Shown here: one piece after another, positions 49,422 to 59,567 of the stretch | Position numbering within the stretch: position 1 is the stretch's first letter | Layout: the number at the start of each line of letters is the position of its first letter | Assembly (NCBI GenBank): GCA_043747615.1 | Contig: JAYTOU010000053.1 | Location: 32,001 to 96,000, forward strand | DNA from: Myxococcales bacterium | GTDB taxonomy: Bacteria; Myxococcota_A; Polyangia; Polyangiales; Polyangiaceae | DNA length: 64,000 nucleotides | Direction of reading: 5' to 3' | Notes under the pieces: model-generated | Seen by the model: only the letters and a program-made list of their open reading frames with translations | Told to the model about the DNA's origin: nothing | Database searches by the model: none | Translations under genes and position numbers: made by a program

Positions 49422-50805
49422 CCCTGCGGACGAGCGCTGGCCATCGGTCGTGCGCGCGGGCGGCGATGGCTCGCTCCAGGGCAGCAACGAGCTCGCCTTC
49501 GCTCGCTCCCTGAAATAGAAACCCCGTTCCAGTCTCGAGCTTCGCGTCGCAATCGACGACCGTGTCGATGATGCCGCCGGTGGCGCGCGCCACTGGGAGT
49601 GCGCCGTAGCGTTGCGCATAGAGTTGCACGAGCCCACATGGCTCATGAAGGCTCGGAAGGAGGACCATGTCTGCACCTGCAAACATGCGGTGCACGAGCG
49701 CGTCGCTCGCCGCTCGGACGAAGACGACGCGGCCGTTGGAGCGAGCCACATGGTCGTCGATTCGCTCGCAAATCGAGGCGTCTCCGCTGCCAGCGATGAC
49801 GATGGTCGCGTCGGTGCTTCGCAAGATGCGCGGGAGCGCGGCGAGCAAGAGATCGATTCCTTTTTGCTCCACCAGGCGACCCACGCTTGCGACGACAGGG
49901 CCTTCCGAGTCGATCGGAAGACCGAGCTCGCGAAGCAGCGCACCACGGCAGCGCGCTTTGCCTCCGAGATCCTCTGCGTCGTAGCGAGCGGCGAGCGCCG
50001 GATCCGTGGCGGGATTCCATACGCTGTAATCGACGCCGTTGAGGATCCCCGCGAGCTGCTGACCGCGCGCGCTGAGAACTCCATTCAGGCCGCTGCCGAA
50101 CGCTTCGGTCTGGATCTCCCGCGCGTACGTCGGGCTCACCGTGCTTACGGCGTCGGCGGAAATGATCCCCTGCTTGAGGACGTTCAGCTTTCCGTAAAAT
50201 TCGATGCCGTCGACCTTGAATTTATCCCAGTCGAGACCGAGCTCAGGGAGCGCTTCCCGAGGGAAAATTCCTTGGTGAGCGACGTTGTGAAGCGTGAGCA
50301 CGGTCTTCGTCGCGTCGAGCCCTGCGGCACCCGAGCGGCGCATATCGGAAATGTACGTGGCGACGAGCGCCGTCGGCCAATCGTTCGCGTGCACGATGTC
50401 GAAGGGAGAGCCGGCCTGTCCGCGCTGGTGGGCGAGCTCGGCAGCTGCGCGCGAAAGGATCGCGAAGCGGAGGGCGTTGTCCTGAAAATCAACGCCGTTT
50501 TCCCCGTACACGCCGGCGCGGTCGAACATGCCTGGTGCATCGAGGAGCACGAGATCGACCTGGGAAGCGAGACGCCCGTCGAACACCGTGACCTCGACGC
50601 TCTTGCCGCCCAAGTTGAATTTCAAGGGGGTGAGGCGGCGCGCCACGAGCAGGCCGCCCGCTTCGAGCTCGGGAAAACGGGGGAGAACGATGGTGACGCG
50701 GTGACCGAGACCGCGAAGTGCTTTGGGGAGCGCAGCGGCGACGTCTGCGAGGCCGCCGACTTTGACGAACGGCGCGAGCTCCGTCGAAACGAAGAGAATT
50801 TCCAT
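49342..50805 (-). CDS. glgA: Glycogen synthase
   Basis: KVGGLADV ADP-glucose motif, HANDW, TLHN, GILNGVDY, RLVEQKG, PSLHEPCGLVQLYA, ATGG. Confidence 0.95.
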   Translation of the reverse strand: MEILFVSTELAPFVKVGGLADVAAALPKALRGLGHRVTIVLPRFPELEAGGLLVARRLTPLKFNLGGKSVEVTVFDGRLASQVDLVLLDAPGMFDRAGVYGENGVDFQDNALRFAILSRAAAELAHQRGQAGSPFDIVHANDWPTALVATYISDMRRSGAAGLDATKTVLTLHNVAHQGIFPREALPELGLDWDKFKVDGIEFYGKLNVLKQGIISADAVSTVSPTYAREIQTEAFGSGLNGVLSARGQQLAGILNGVDYSVWNPATDPALAARYDAEDLGGKARCRGALLRELGLPIDSEGPVVASVGRLVEQKGIDLLLAALPRILRSTDATIVIAGSGDASICERIDDHVARSNGRVVFVRAASDALVHRMFAGADMVLLPSLHEPCGLVQLYAQRYGALPVARATGGIIDTVVDCDAKLETGTGFLFQGASEGELVAALERAIAARAHDRWPALVRRVMRLDRGWERPARRYEQLFRSLSATK

Positions 50806-50839
50806 GGCTCCCGCGCTTCTACCACGTAATAGAAGGAGC

Positions 50840-51877
50840 ATGACGCGGCTGCGCAATTCTCCGGGGGATTACGTCCCGCCGGCGGATGTGGCCGATGGGT
50901 CGATCGTGAGCGTGTTTCGCGTCCCACCGGAGGTGGCGGGGATGCGGCTCGACCTGTTCGTGAAGAGCCAGCTGCGCCGAACGAGCCGCACCCGGACCCA
51001 GGAGATCATCGCCCTGTCCGCGTACAGTCACGAGGGAAAGCGTCTGCGTTCAAACGATCGCGTCTACGCCGAGCAGGAAATCTTTCTCTGGCGCGCGCCG
51101 TGGGACGAGACTCCGGTGCCGACCGACATTCCGGTGGTGTACGAGGACGAGCACTTTCTGGCCGTAAACAAGCCCGCGAACCTGCCGGTGCATCCAACGG
51201 CGCGCTACCACAACAACACCCTCATCATGCTGATGAAGGCGGAGCGGCCGGGTGAATTTCTCACCCTTGCTCACCGCATCGATCGCGAGACGAGCGGCGT
51301 CCTCTTGGTGGCGAAGAGCGCGGCCTGCGATCGGGCCCTCAAGCGGCAACTGGAGCTGCGAGAGGGAATCGAAAAGGTGTATTCCGCAATTACCTGGGGG
51401 GTGCCCTCGTCCGCCAGCGGAGACTCGCGTTTTCGCCACGTGCAAAGCGTCGAGCTCGACGTCGATAGCCGTTACAAAGTGAAGATGCGCGTCGGAATCA
51501 CGGAAACAGCCCTGTTCGCCGCCACGCAGTTCGAGGTGCTCGAGACCGCCCAGGCCCTGGGAAAGAGCTACGCGCGCGTGTCGTGTCTGATCGAAACCGG
51601 ACGGCAACACCAGATCCGCGTGCACCTGATGTCCCTCGGCACGCCCATCGTCGGAGACAAGTTGTACGGGCCAGACGAAAGCGCCTTTGCCCGCTCGGCC
51701 GACGGTGAGCTCACCCTCGACGATCTCGAGATGCTCGAGCTCCCCCGCCACGCCCTGCACGCCTCACGCATGTCGCTCCGTCATCCGATCACGGGCGTCG
51801 ACCTCACCATCGAAGCGCCCTGGCCTGCCGACATGAAGGCCTTCTGGGAAGGCCTCGCTAGCGAGCCCCGGACCTAA
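50840..51877 (+). CDS. RluA-family pseudouridine synthase with N-terminal S4-like domain
   Basis: NKPANLPVH, HRIDRETSG, TGRQHQIRVH, GDKLYG, ALHA; RBS AAGGAG. Confidence 0.93.
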   Translation: MTRLRNSPGDYVPPADVADGSIVSVFRVPPEVAGMRLDLFVKSQLRRTSRTRTQEIIALSAYSHEGKRLRSNDRVYAEQEIFLWRAPWDETPVPTDIPVVYEDEHFLAVNKPANLPVHPTARYHNNTLIMLMKAERPGEFLTLAHRIDRETSGVLLVAKSAACDRALKRQLELREGIEKVYSAITWGVPSSASGDSRFRHVQSVELDVDSRYKVKMRVGITETALFAATQFEVLETAQALGKSYARVSCLIETGRQHQIRVHLMSLGTPIVGDKLYGPDESAFARSADGELTLDDLEMLELPRHALHASRMSLRHPITGVDLTIEAPWPADMKAFWEGLASEPRT

Positions 51878-52671
51878 AGGCAGTCGTTCGGCGCCGACGG
51901 GGTGCCTTTTCCGTTGCCACCCGGCCAGGCGGTCGTCGACAAGCACCAGCTCGCCTTCACCAAGCTCGCCGCGTTCGTCAGCGTCCTCAGCTCGATGCTG
52001 ACTCCGCTCACCTGGGCCGAAGTGAATCCGAACGGACCGTAGTTGCTCTGCGCGATTTGCGTGGTGCCGTTCAAGATGAAGATCGCGCCAGTGCCGCTGT
52101 TGGTCAGCTGCACGTCGTTCGCGGGAGCGTCGCCATACTCATACGCGAGGCTTGCTCCCGGGAGGCTCACCGCGACGGCCGCGCTCCTCGTGTGCACCAA
52201 AAGGTAGTAGCCCGCAGGCGCGATCACCAACGCCGGGCTGGCCGCGATGGCGTGCGCGCGCCCTGATCCGTCTTTCAGGGTGAGTCCGCTCAAGAGCTTG
52301 GGGTCTGCCGTGGTGTTGTAGAGCTCGAACCACTCTTCGGCGGGCTCGGTCCCTGTTGGGTTGTAGAGCACTTCGCTCACCACGACCTCGCCGACGAGGG
52401 GAAGGACGGCTCCCGCTCCTGTCTCCGGTGCCGCGCTAGGATCGGGCGGCGCATCGGACGGTCCTCTTCCGTCGATCGATGATGTGGAGTCGGCTGCGCC
52501 CCCGTCTCCGAGGAGTGGGTCGCCGCCATCCGCAGGAGGTGCGCCGTCGCTGCCAGTTACGTTGGTAAACGCCTGTTGATCGGGCAGCGTCCCCGTCGCG
52601 CAGGCGACGAGACCACCGCACGCAAGGCTAACTTGAACCGCGACGAGCATCCTGACCGTGGAAGGGCGCAT
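51874..52671 (-). CDS. Lamin-tail-domain lipoprotein
   Basis: Lipobox GLVAC; VVVSEVLYNP...EWFELYN...LTNSG...GTPSAPN. Confidence 0.8.
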   Translation of the reverse strand: MRPSTVRMLVAVQVSLACGGLVACATGTLPDQQAFTNVTGSDGAPPADGGDPLLGDGGAADSTSSIDGRGPSDAPPDPSAAPETGAGAVLPLVGEVVVSEVLYNPTGTEPAEEWFELYNTTADPKLLSGLTLKDGSGRAHAIAASPALVIAPAGYYLLVHTRSAAVAVSLPGASLAYEYGDAPANDVQLTNSGTGAIFILNGTTQIAQSNYGPFGFTSAQVSGVSIELRTLTNAASLVKASWCLSTTAWPGGNGKGTPSAPNDCL

Positions 52672-52754
52672 GTAGCGAAGATACTGGTATGAGACGGGAT
52701 CTGTCGTCACGCAACGAGTATCGAGCGTGCGCCGGCCAAATGTTTGCAGCCCGA

Positions 52755-52798
52755 CACCCACGCTCCACCCACGCTTCACCCACGCTTCACCCACGCTT
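52755..52798. repeat. 11-bp tandem direct repeat, 4 copies
   Basis: CACCCACGCTC followed by three exact CACCCACGCTT, intergenic. Confidence 0.9.
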
Positions 52799-52811
52799 CA
52801 CACGGTCGAAG

Positions 52812-53132
52812 CTACATGCCGCGCGGGACTTTATCCAAGTCCACCTGATCGAGCGCGGCGCGGATGAGCGCGCTTCGATTGGCTTTGGTGATCCCCTTGG
52901 CTTTCAGCTCGGTTACGAGCTCATCCAGGTGCTCGAGGTCCTTGGTGTACATCGAGATGCAGATCACTTTGTAGTGAAGTGGCTTGTCGAGATTCCGCGA
53001 CGCCCCTCTCGACACCGTCGACTCCGGGATCGGCTCAACGGGTGTATAGAACGCGCCAGACAGCACCCCTTGCACTTCGTCCGCGTCGAGCACGCGCGCC
53101 TGTCCTCTTGCTGCTCCGTCGTCTCGCGCCAT
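52812..53132 (-). CDS. Small protein with C-terminal ribbon-helix-helix-like DNA-binding domain
   Basis: KVICISMY (strand), DLEHLDELVTEL (helix), NRSALIRAAL (helix); RBS AGGAGG; downstream of parA. Confidence 0.75.
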   Translation of the reverse strand: MARDDGAARGQARVLDADEVQGVLSGAFYTPVEPIPESTVSRGASRNLDKPLHYKVICISMYTKDLEHLDELVTELKAKGITKANRSALIRAALDQVDLDKVPRGM

Positions 53133-53178
53133 CTCGTCCTCCTAGAGTCTTTCTTTTGAAGCGTATCGAAAACGTTGG

Positions 53179-54360
53179 TTATGCCGAAGCGGCGACTTCG
53201 GTCGGTGCACTTGCGACCAAAGGTCCGTCGATGATGCGATCCACGACGCGCTGGTAGTCTTCAGCCGCGTTCGAGTCGGTCGCGTACTCGAAGATCGTCT
53301 TGCCTTGCGCGGGAGCCTCTTTGATCTTGATGGTCGCGCGGATCGGCTCGAGGCATCTGTCGCCGAAGTGATCGCGAAGCGTCTCCACGGCGTCGCGGCA
53401 GATGCGTGCGCGCGCGTCGTAGAAGGTCGGCAAGACTCCGAAGATTTGCACCGGGTGATGAAGGAGCGCGTTCACGTTCTTGACCGTTTTGATCACCTGG
53501 CGCACGCCGACGAGTGACAAGAAATCGCAGGCCACGGGGACGAGGATTCCGTCCGCGAAGACGAGAGCGTTCTGGTTCATGAGCGAGAGCGACGGAGAAC
53601 AGTCGAGGACGACGACGTCGTACGCGTCCGCGGTCGAAGCCAACCGGTCGCGAAGAATACGATCACGGTTCTGCCGCCCGGCGAGATAAAGCTCGGCCGC
53701 AGCAAGGGTCTCGTTCGAGACCAGGACATCGAGGTTCGGGCGCACGTTGATCGCCGCGTCCGACGCCTTCTGCCCCATGACGAGCACGTGGTAGAGCGAA
53801 GTGGGCGCGGTGACGTTGAGCGAGACACCTACGTTGCCTTGCGAATCGGTGTCGACCAACAGAACGCGGAGGCCGCGCGCGGCGAGGCCGGCGGCGACGC
53901 TGACGCTGGTAGTCGTTTTTCCGGTGCCGCCCTTGTGATTGAAGATCGCCAGACGGCGCGGGCCATGAAGCTTGGCGCGGCTGGTTGCTATGGGAACCAC
54001 CGGAGAGGTGACCGCTGCTCGGACAGCCACGGGCGACGCAATCGGGGGCGCGACGGGGGTCGTCAACGCCCCTAGTCTGGCTCCGCCGGCCTCAGCGACG
54101 AGCTGCGTTCGGCATGCATCGCTGCACGCGTAGGCGCGCTCGCCTTTCACGCGAACGACCTGAGACACGAGCTCCACGGTGAATCGCTTCATGCACGCCG
54201 TGCACGAGACGCCACCTTCGCTCTCCCCGCTCACGGCTTTTCCGTGGCAAGTCTGGGAGCAAAAGAAAGAGAAGCCTCCGTCGCGCTCTTCCATTTGGTA
54301 GCGAAACTGAACGTCGAATTGTCGCGTGCAGATGCTGCAGCTTTCGGTCATGCCCGCCAT
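53179..54360 (-). CDS. ParA/Soj-family ATPase with two N-terminal TRASH/YHS-like Cys motifs
   Basis: Deviant Walker A KGGTGKTT, VDTDSQGN, LDCSPS, EAPAQG; CSIC...FCSQTC and CTAC...ACSDAC. Confidence 0.9.
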   Translation of the reverse strand: MAGMTESCSICTRQFDVQFRYQMEERDGGFSFFCSQTCHGKAVSGESEGGVSCTACMKRFTVELVSQVVRVKGERAYACSDACRTQLVAEAGGARLGALTTPVAPPIASPVAVRAAVTSPVVPIATSRAKLHGPRRLAIFNHKGGTGKTTTSVSVAAGLAARGLRVLLVDTDSQGNVGVSLNVTAPTSLYHVLVMGQKASDAAINVRPNLDVLVSNETLAAAELYLAGRQNRDRILRDRLASTADAYDVVVLDCSPSLSLMNQNALVFADGILVPVACDFLSLVGVRQVIKTVKNVNALLHHPVQIFGVLPTFYDARARICRDAVETLRDHFGDRCLEPIRATIKIKEAPAQGKTIFEYATDSNAAEDYQRVVDRIIDGPLVASAPTEVAASA

Positions 54361-54438
54361 CGTTCGCCTCCTCGCATGCGACGGATGTCATGCCGAGACC
54401 GAACGGGCCAAATAAGTTGCTAGTCGGCCTCCGCCGAA

Positions 54439-56001
<1,563 letters not shown>

Positions 56002-56024
56002 GCCGCTCGAGTTAACCCGAGGAG

Positions 56025-56705
56025 CTATTCGGCGTCCAGCTCTGCGCTGGCAAAGGTGTCGACGTCGAACTCGGGCTCGATTTCCGTCTCTTCCTCTTCT
56101 TCTTCGTCGGGAGTGTTCGCGGCGAGGACCGGGAGTCGGCGTTTGCCAACGGGCCCCTCGTCGACGTAATCGCGGAGAGCTTCCATGTCACCGAGCGCCT
56201 GGAGCTTCGCGAGCCCCTTCACTTCGACCTGACGGATGCGCTCGCGGGTGAGGTTCATGATCGCCCCCACCTCTTCGAGCGTCGTCCCGCCACGGTCTGC
56301 GACGTCGAGCGCGCAGGTCTCGTTCATGTCCCACACTTCGAGATCGGGGAAGTTCAGCTTGATCGCGCCGGTTCGGGCCGACACGTCCAAGTAGAGGTGG
56401 TGCTTGCAGGAGACGAAGGGGCACGGCCGAACGCCGTTTGCGCACTCGACGCGCTCCTTCGGCTTTTCGATGTCGACCTCCGGGTAGAGGAGACGGCCCA
56501 TCTCGAGCTCGCGCTTCGTCATGCGCTTGACGCTGATCGTGCGGGCGCGGACGTCGCGCTTGCGGCGCGATCGACGCTGCTCACGAGTCACGTTCTCGTC
56601 GCTCGTCTCCGGAGCAAGTGCAAGCGCTCCGTCGGTCATCAGCTGACCGTCCGAGGAAGCCGCGTCCATCACTTGCTCAATCTTCGCAACGTTCTTGGGG
56701 TCCAT
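56025..56705 (-). CDS. Sigma-70 region-4-like HTH protein with Cys/His motif
   Basis: [24 protein letters not shown] (region 4.2); C...[11 protein letters not shown]...TC; no region 2; start uncertain. Confidence 0.85.
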   Translation of the reverse strand: MDPKNVAKIEQVMDAASSDGQLMTDGALALAPETSDENVTREQRRSRRKRDVRARTISVKRMTKRELEMGRLLYPEVDIEKPKERVECANGVRPCPFVSCKHHLYLDVSARTGAIKLNFPDLEVWDMNETCALDVADRGGTTLEEVGAIMNLTRERIRQVEVKGLAKLQALGDMEALRDYVDEGPVGKRRLPVLAANTPDEEEEEETEIEPEFDVDTFASAELDAE

Positions 56706-56889
56706 CGTCGAGCTCCTCCCGGTTTTGTCCGCAGCAACATGCAGCCCTTCGCTCTCGCGCCGGGCACACGTGTCTTGTCGCGTCTCGCTGCGGGTCGCCT
56801 CTACCCACACCGAAACACATGCACTCTTTTCGTTTCAAAAGAACGCAGGCTTCAAAGAAAGCCACGCGCGCTCTTCCCCGCCCCTACCG

Positions 56890-57408
56890 CTAAATCGCCT
56901 CCCGCTGCAGGCGAGCCTGCATCGTGAGCCGCGATTCGACACTCGTGACCTTCGCTACCAAGTCGGCGGCGAGTGCCCTTGCATCCGAAAGCTCCTTGAG
57001 AACGACGCGCGCCACGCCCTCGCCATCTCTCGTTGCTTTTGCTGCACTCGAGAGCGCCGAGAAAATCTTCTCTAGCGTCCGCTCGAGCTCCTCGACATCT
57101 CCCCTGACAAAGAGGAATTGACGTTGAATCTGTTCGATCGTGTAGCTCTCCATCATCGACTTAAGCCGCTGAATACGCCGAATAACTGCCGCCGGGTACA
57201 TGCCCTGCGAGCCGCGATGCTTGCCCTTCATCCCGACTCGACGGCTTCGCGGAAGAAGGCCGAGCTGAATGTACTTTCGGAGCGAGGCTTCCGTAAACTT
57301 GACCCCTCTTCGCGTAAAAAAACTTACGATCTCATCCGACGTCACCCCCTGCGGGTGGTCGCGCTCGATGCGCGTAAGCTCGTCGTCAGAGAATGCGTCC
57401 GTCGTCAC
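56890..57408 (-). CDS. MerR-like HTH transcriptional regulator
   Basis: ASLRKYIQLGLLP...RR...YP...IRRIQRLK...YTIEQI, then coiled coil. Confidence 0.75.
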   Translation of the reverse strand: MTTDAFSDDELTRIERDHPQGVTSDEIVSFFTRRGVKFTEASLRKYIQLGLLPRSRRVGMKGKHRGSQGMYPAAVIRRIQRLKSMMESYTIEQIQRQFLFVRGDVEELERTLEKIFSALSSAAKATRDGEGVARVVLKELSDARALAADLVAKVTSVESRLTMQARLQREAI

Positions 57409-57493
57409 CGATTCGACCCCAAAGCTCTTGCTGCCGACGACTTCGCCGCCTGACGGGCGGGCAAAAGAAGCCCAACCTCATCTGACGTTCGTG

Positions 57494-57523
57494 AATGTAT
57501 TCTTCTGAATAGATTGGGGTCAA
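57494..57523 (-). promoter_or_regulatory. Sigma70-like promoter for the MerR-like gene
   Basis: TTGACC-N18-TACATT on the minus strand, with inverted repeat TATTC-N4-GAATA (57498-57511) largely in the spacer. Confidence 0.6.
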
Positions 57524-57526
57524 CGC

Positions 57527-57553
57527 TTTCGCGTGCTTTATTTCGCGTGCTTT
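57527..57553. repeat. 13-bp direct repeat (2 copies) just upstream of the -35
   Basis: TTTCGCGTGCTTT at 57527-57539 and 57541-57553. Confidence 0.75.
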
Positions 57554-57603
57554 CCATCATGGAACGAAAACGCGAGGTTAGATCCGTGCCGTGACAAACA
57601 ATG

Positions 57604-58641
57604 TCATAGCTGACGATCCGATTTCGCCCTTTCGGCGCGTGTCACCGAGGCCATGGAACTCATGAAATTTCGGGGGCTTGGATGAGGGTCCATGTGCGAC
57701 AGCGCGGAGCTCAAGGGCGCCCCCGGCTGGACGTAGGATGCGAGGCGCAGGGGACCTAGCTCACCCGCGCCAAAAGGGGCAAGCGCGCGCAGGGCGTCGT
57801 CGGGCGAAGCGAATCTCTTTCGCGCGTCGTGAGCCAAGAGCCGGTGAACAACTCCTTGCAACTCACCGTGAAGCTTGGGCCGAACAGCGGCAAGAGGCGT
57901 CATCTCCCCCCGCTCGATCCGAACGAGCTCGCTCATACCCGGCCGGTCGCCCCACGGTCGCGCGCGACTGAGAAGCTCGTACAGAACGACGCCGGTCGCG
58001 AATAGATCGGTCGTTACGTCGAGGTCGTCGCCCCGCACTTGCTCGGGAGACATGTAGCCGAATTTACCTTTGATCAGCGCAGGGCGGGTCCAGCGCGCGC
58101 GGTCACGTGCAAGGGCAATTCCGAAGTCCATGAGCTTCACCTCGCCGTGCGTCGAAACGAGAATGTTGTGCGGCGTCACGTCGCGATGCACGAGGCCCGG
58201 CAGCGCGCGTTGCACGGCGCCAAGGGCGCGAACCACTGCGCACGCCACGTGTACCGACAGGCGATCGGGCAAGTACCCGGCCGTATCCTGCGTCGTGCTC
58301 TGGCTTCGGGAGAGCGCGCGGAGATCGCAACCCTCGATGAGCTCGAGGACGAGGTAAGGCCCATCGTGATCGTCGCCGACGGCAAGAAGGGACACCACGT
58401 TGGCATGCCGGACGCTCGCAAGGAGCCTTCCTTCCTCCCGGAGCGCGCGCACTTCGTCCGGCTCGAGGTGGCCACAAAGCCGCTTGATGCACACCTCACG
58501 CGAACACGGCGGGGCGTGGTCGATGGCCCGGAAAACGGCACCCGAGCCGCCGCATCCAATGCGCTCCATCAGCTCGTAGCGCCCATCGGCGATCCAGCGG
58601 CGCGGGTCCCTTAAAGAGTGCACGGAGACACTTCGGCCCAC
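57604..58641 (-). CDS. Cytoplasmic Hanks-type Ser/Thr protein kinase (kinase domain only)
   Basis: GCGGSG, CIKR, HRDVTPHN, DFG, GKFGYMSPE; start uncertain. Confidence 0.88.
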   Translation of the reverse strand: MGRSVSVHSLRDPRRWIADGRYELMERIGCGGSGAVFRAIDHAPPCSREVCIKRLCGHLEPDEVRALREEGRLLASVRHANVVSLLAVGDDHDGPYLVLELIEGCDLRALSRSQSTTQDTAGYLPDRLSVHVACAVVRALGAVQRALPGLVHRDVTPHNILVSTHGEVKLMDFGIALARDRARWTRPALIKGKFGYMSPEQVRGDDLDVTTDLFATGVVLYELLSRARPWGDRPGMSELVRIERGEMTPLAAVRPKLHGELQGVVHRLLAHDARKRFASPDDALRALAPFGAGELGPLRLASYVQPGAPLSSALSHMDPHPSPRNFMSSMASVTRAERAKSDRQL

Positions 58642-58685
58642 GACGCCCGAATGTTGCGTTATCGTTCTCGCTCGAACTTTCGGCC

Positions 58686-59567
58686 ATGCCCGCCACCCGT
58701 GACAGCGCTTTCGGTGTGCCCGTTCTCCGGGACGTATCGGCCCGTGGGGCGCGGGTGCGATTCGTCGAAGCCGGCGAGGGCGAGCCTCTCCTTCTCATTC
58801 ACGACTATCTCTCGAGCCGACTGTCATGGGACGACGTCATCCCCCGGCTGGCCCAGCGTTATCGCGTGATCGCCCCTGATTTGCCGGGCTTCGGGGACAG
58901 CGAGAAGCCGGCGCCCGCGCGCTACGCGTACGGGTTCGACGCGTTCGGCGAGTCGCTCGTCGATCTGGTCGCTTCGCTCGACCTCGGGCAAATCGCCGTC
59001 TGCGGGCATGGAGTCGGCGGTGCGGTGGCCCTAAAGCTCGCCGCCAATCACGCAGCGCTCGTGAGCAAGTTGGTCCTCGTCGATCCTCTCGTTTACCCGC
59101 AGCGAATCGATCTGCGCGCGAAGATCGCGTGTTTTCCAGTGCTCGGACCGATCGCCTTCAAGCAGCTGTGGGGACGAAGCTTTTTCCGAAATCACTTTCG
59201 TGATCGGGTGTACGGCGGGAGCGCGCAGATCCCTTGGGCACGCGTCGATCACCTCTTCGACCTGTTCAACGCTCCGGCGGCGCGGGAAGCAGCGTACGCA
59301 ACGATGCTCTCCACGCTCGACACGCGCCCGCTCGTCGCGCTCTTGCCGCGGGTGATCGCGCCCACGCTCGTTGCCTGGGGGCGCGCCGATCGATCTCTCC
59401 CGGTCGCCCACGGCAGAAGGCTCGCGCGCGAGCTCCAGAACGCGCGCTTCGACGTATTCGAGTGCGGTCACTCACCGCCCGAGGAGTGCCCCGATGCGTT
59501 CGTCGACGTGCTCCTGTCGTTTCTGGCGAAGGCTGGCGACACCCCGTCCGGCAACCGCGCCGCGTGA
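58686..59567 (+). CDS. Alpha/beta-hydrolase-fold protein lacking the nucleophile Ser
   Basis: RVIAPDLPGFGDS, GHGVGG at the nucleophile elbow, PTLVAWGRAD, CGHSPPEE. Confidence 0.85.
   Translation: MPATRDSAFGVPVLRDVSARGARVRFVEAGEGEPLLLIHDYLSSRLSWDDVIPRLAQRYRVIAPDLPGFGDSEKPAPARYAYGFDAFGESLVDLVASLDLGQIAVCGHGVGGAVALKLAANHAALVSKLVLVDPLVYPQRIDLRAKIACFPVLGPIAFKQLWGRSFFRNHFRDRVYGGSAQIPWARVDHLFDLFNAPAAREAAYATMLSTLDTRPLVALLPRVIAPTLVAWGRADRSLPVAHGRRLARELQNARFDVFECGHSPPEECPDAFVDVLLSFLAKAGDTPSGNRAA

Noticed and set aside
52755..52798. Repeat array as CRISPR
   Set aside because: Contiguous 11-bp units with no spacers, and no cas genes in the window.
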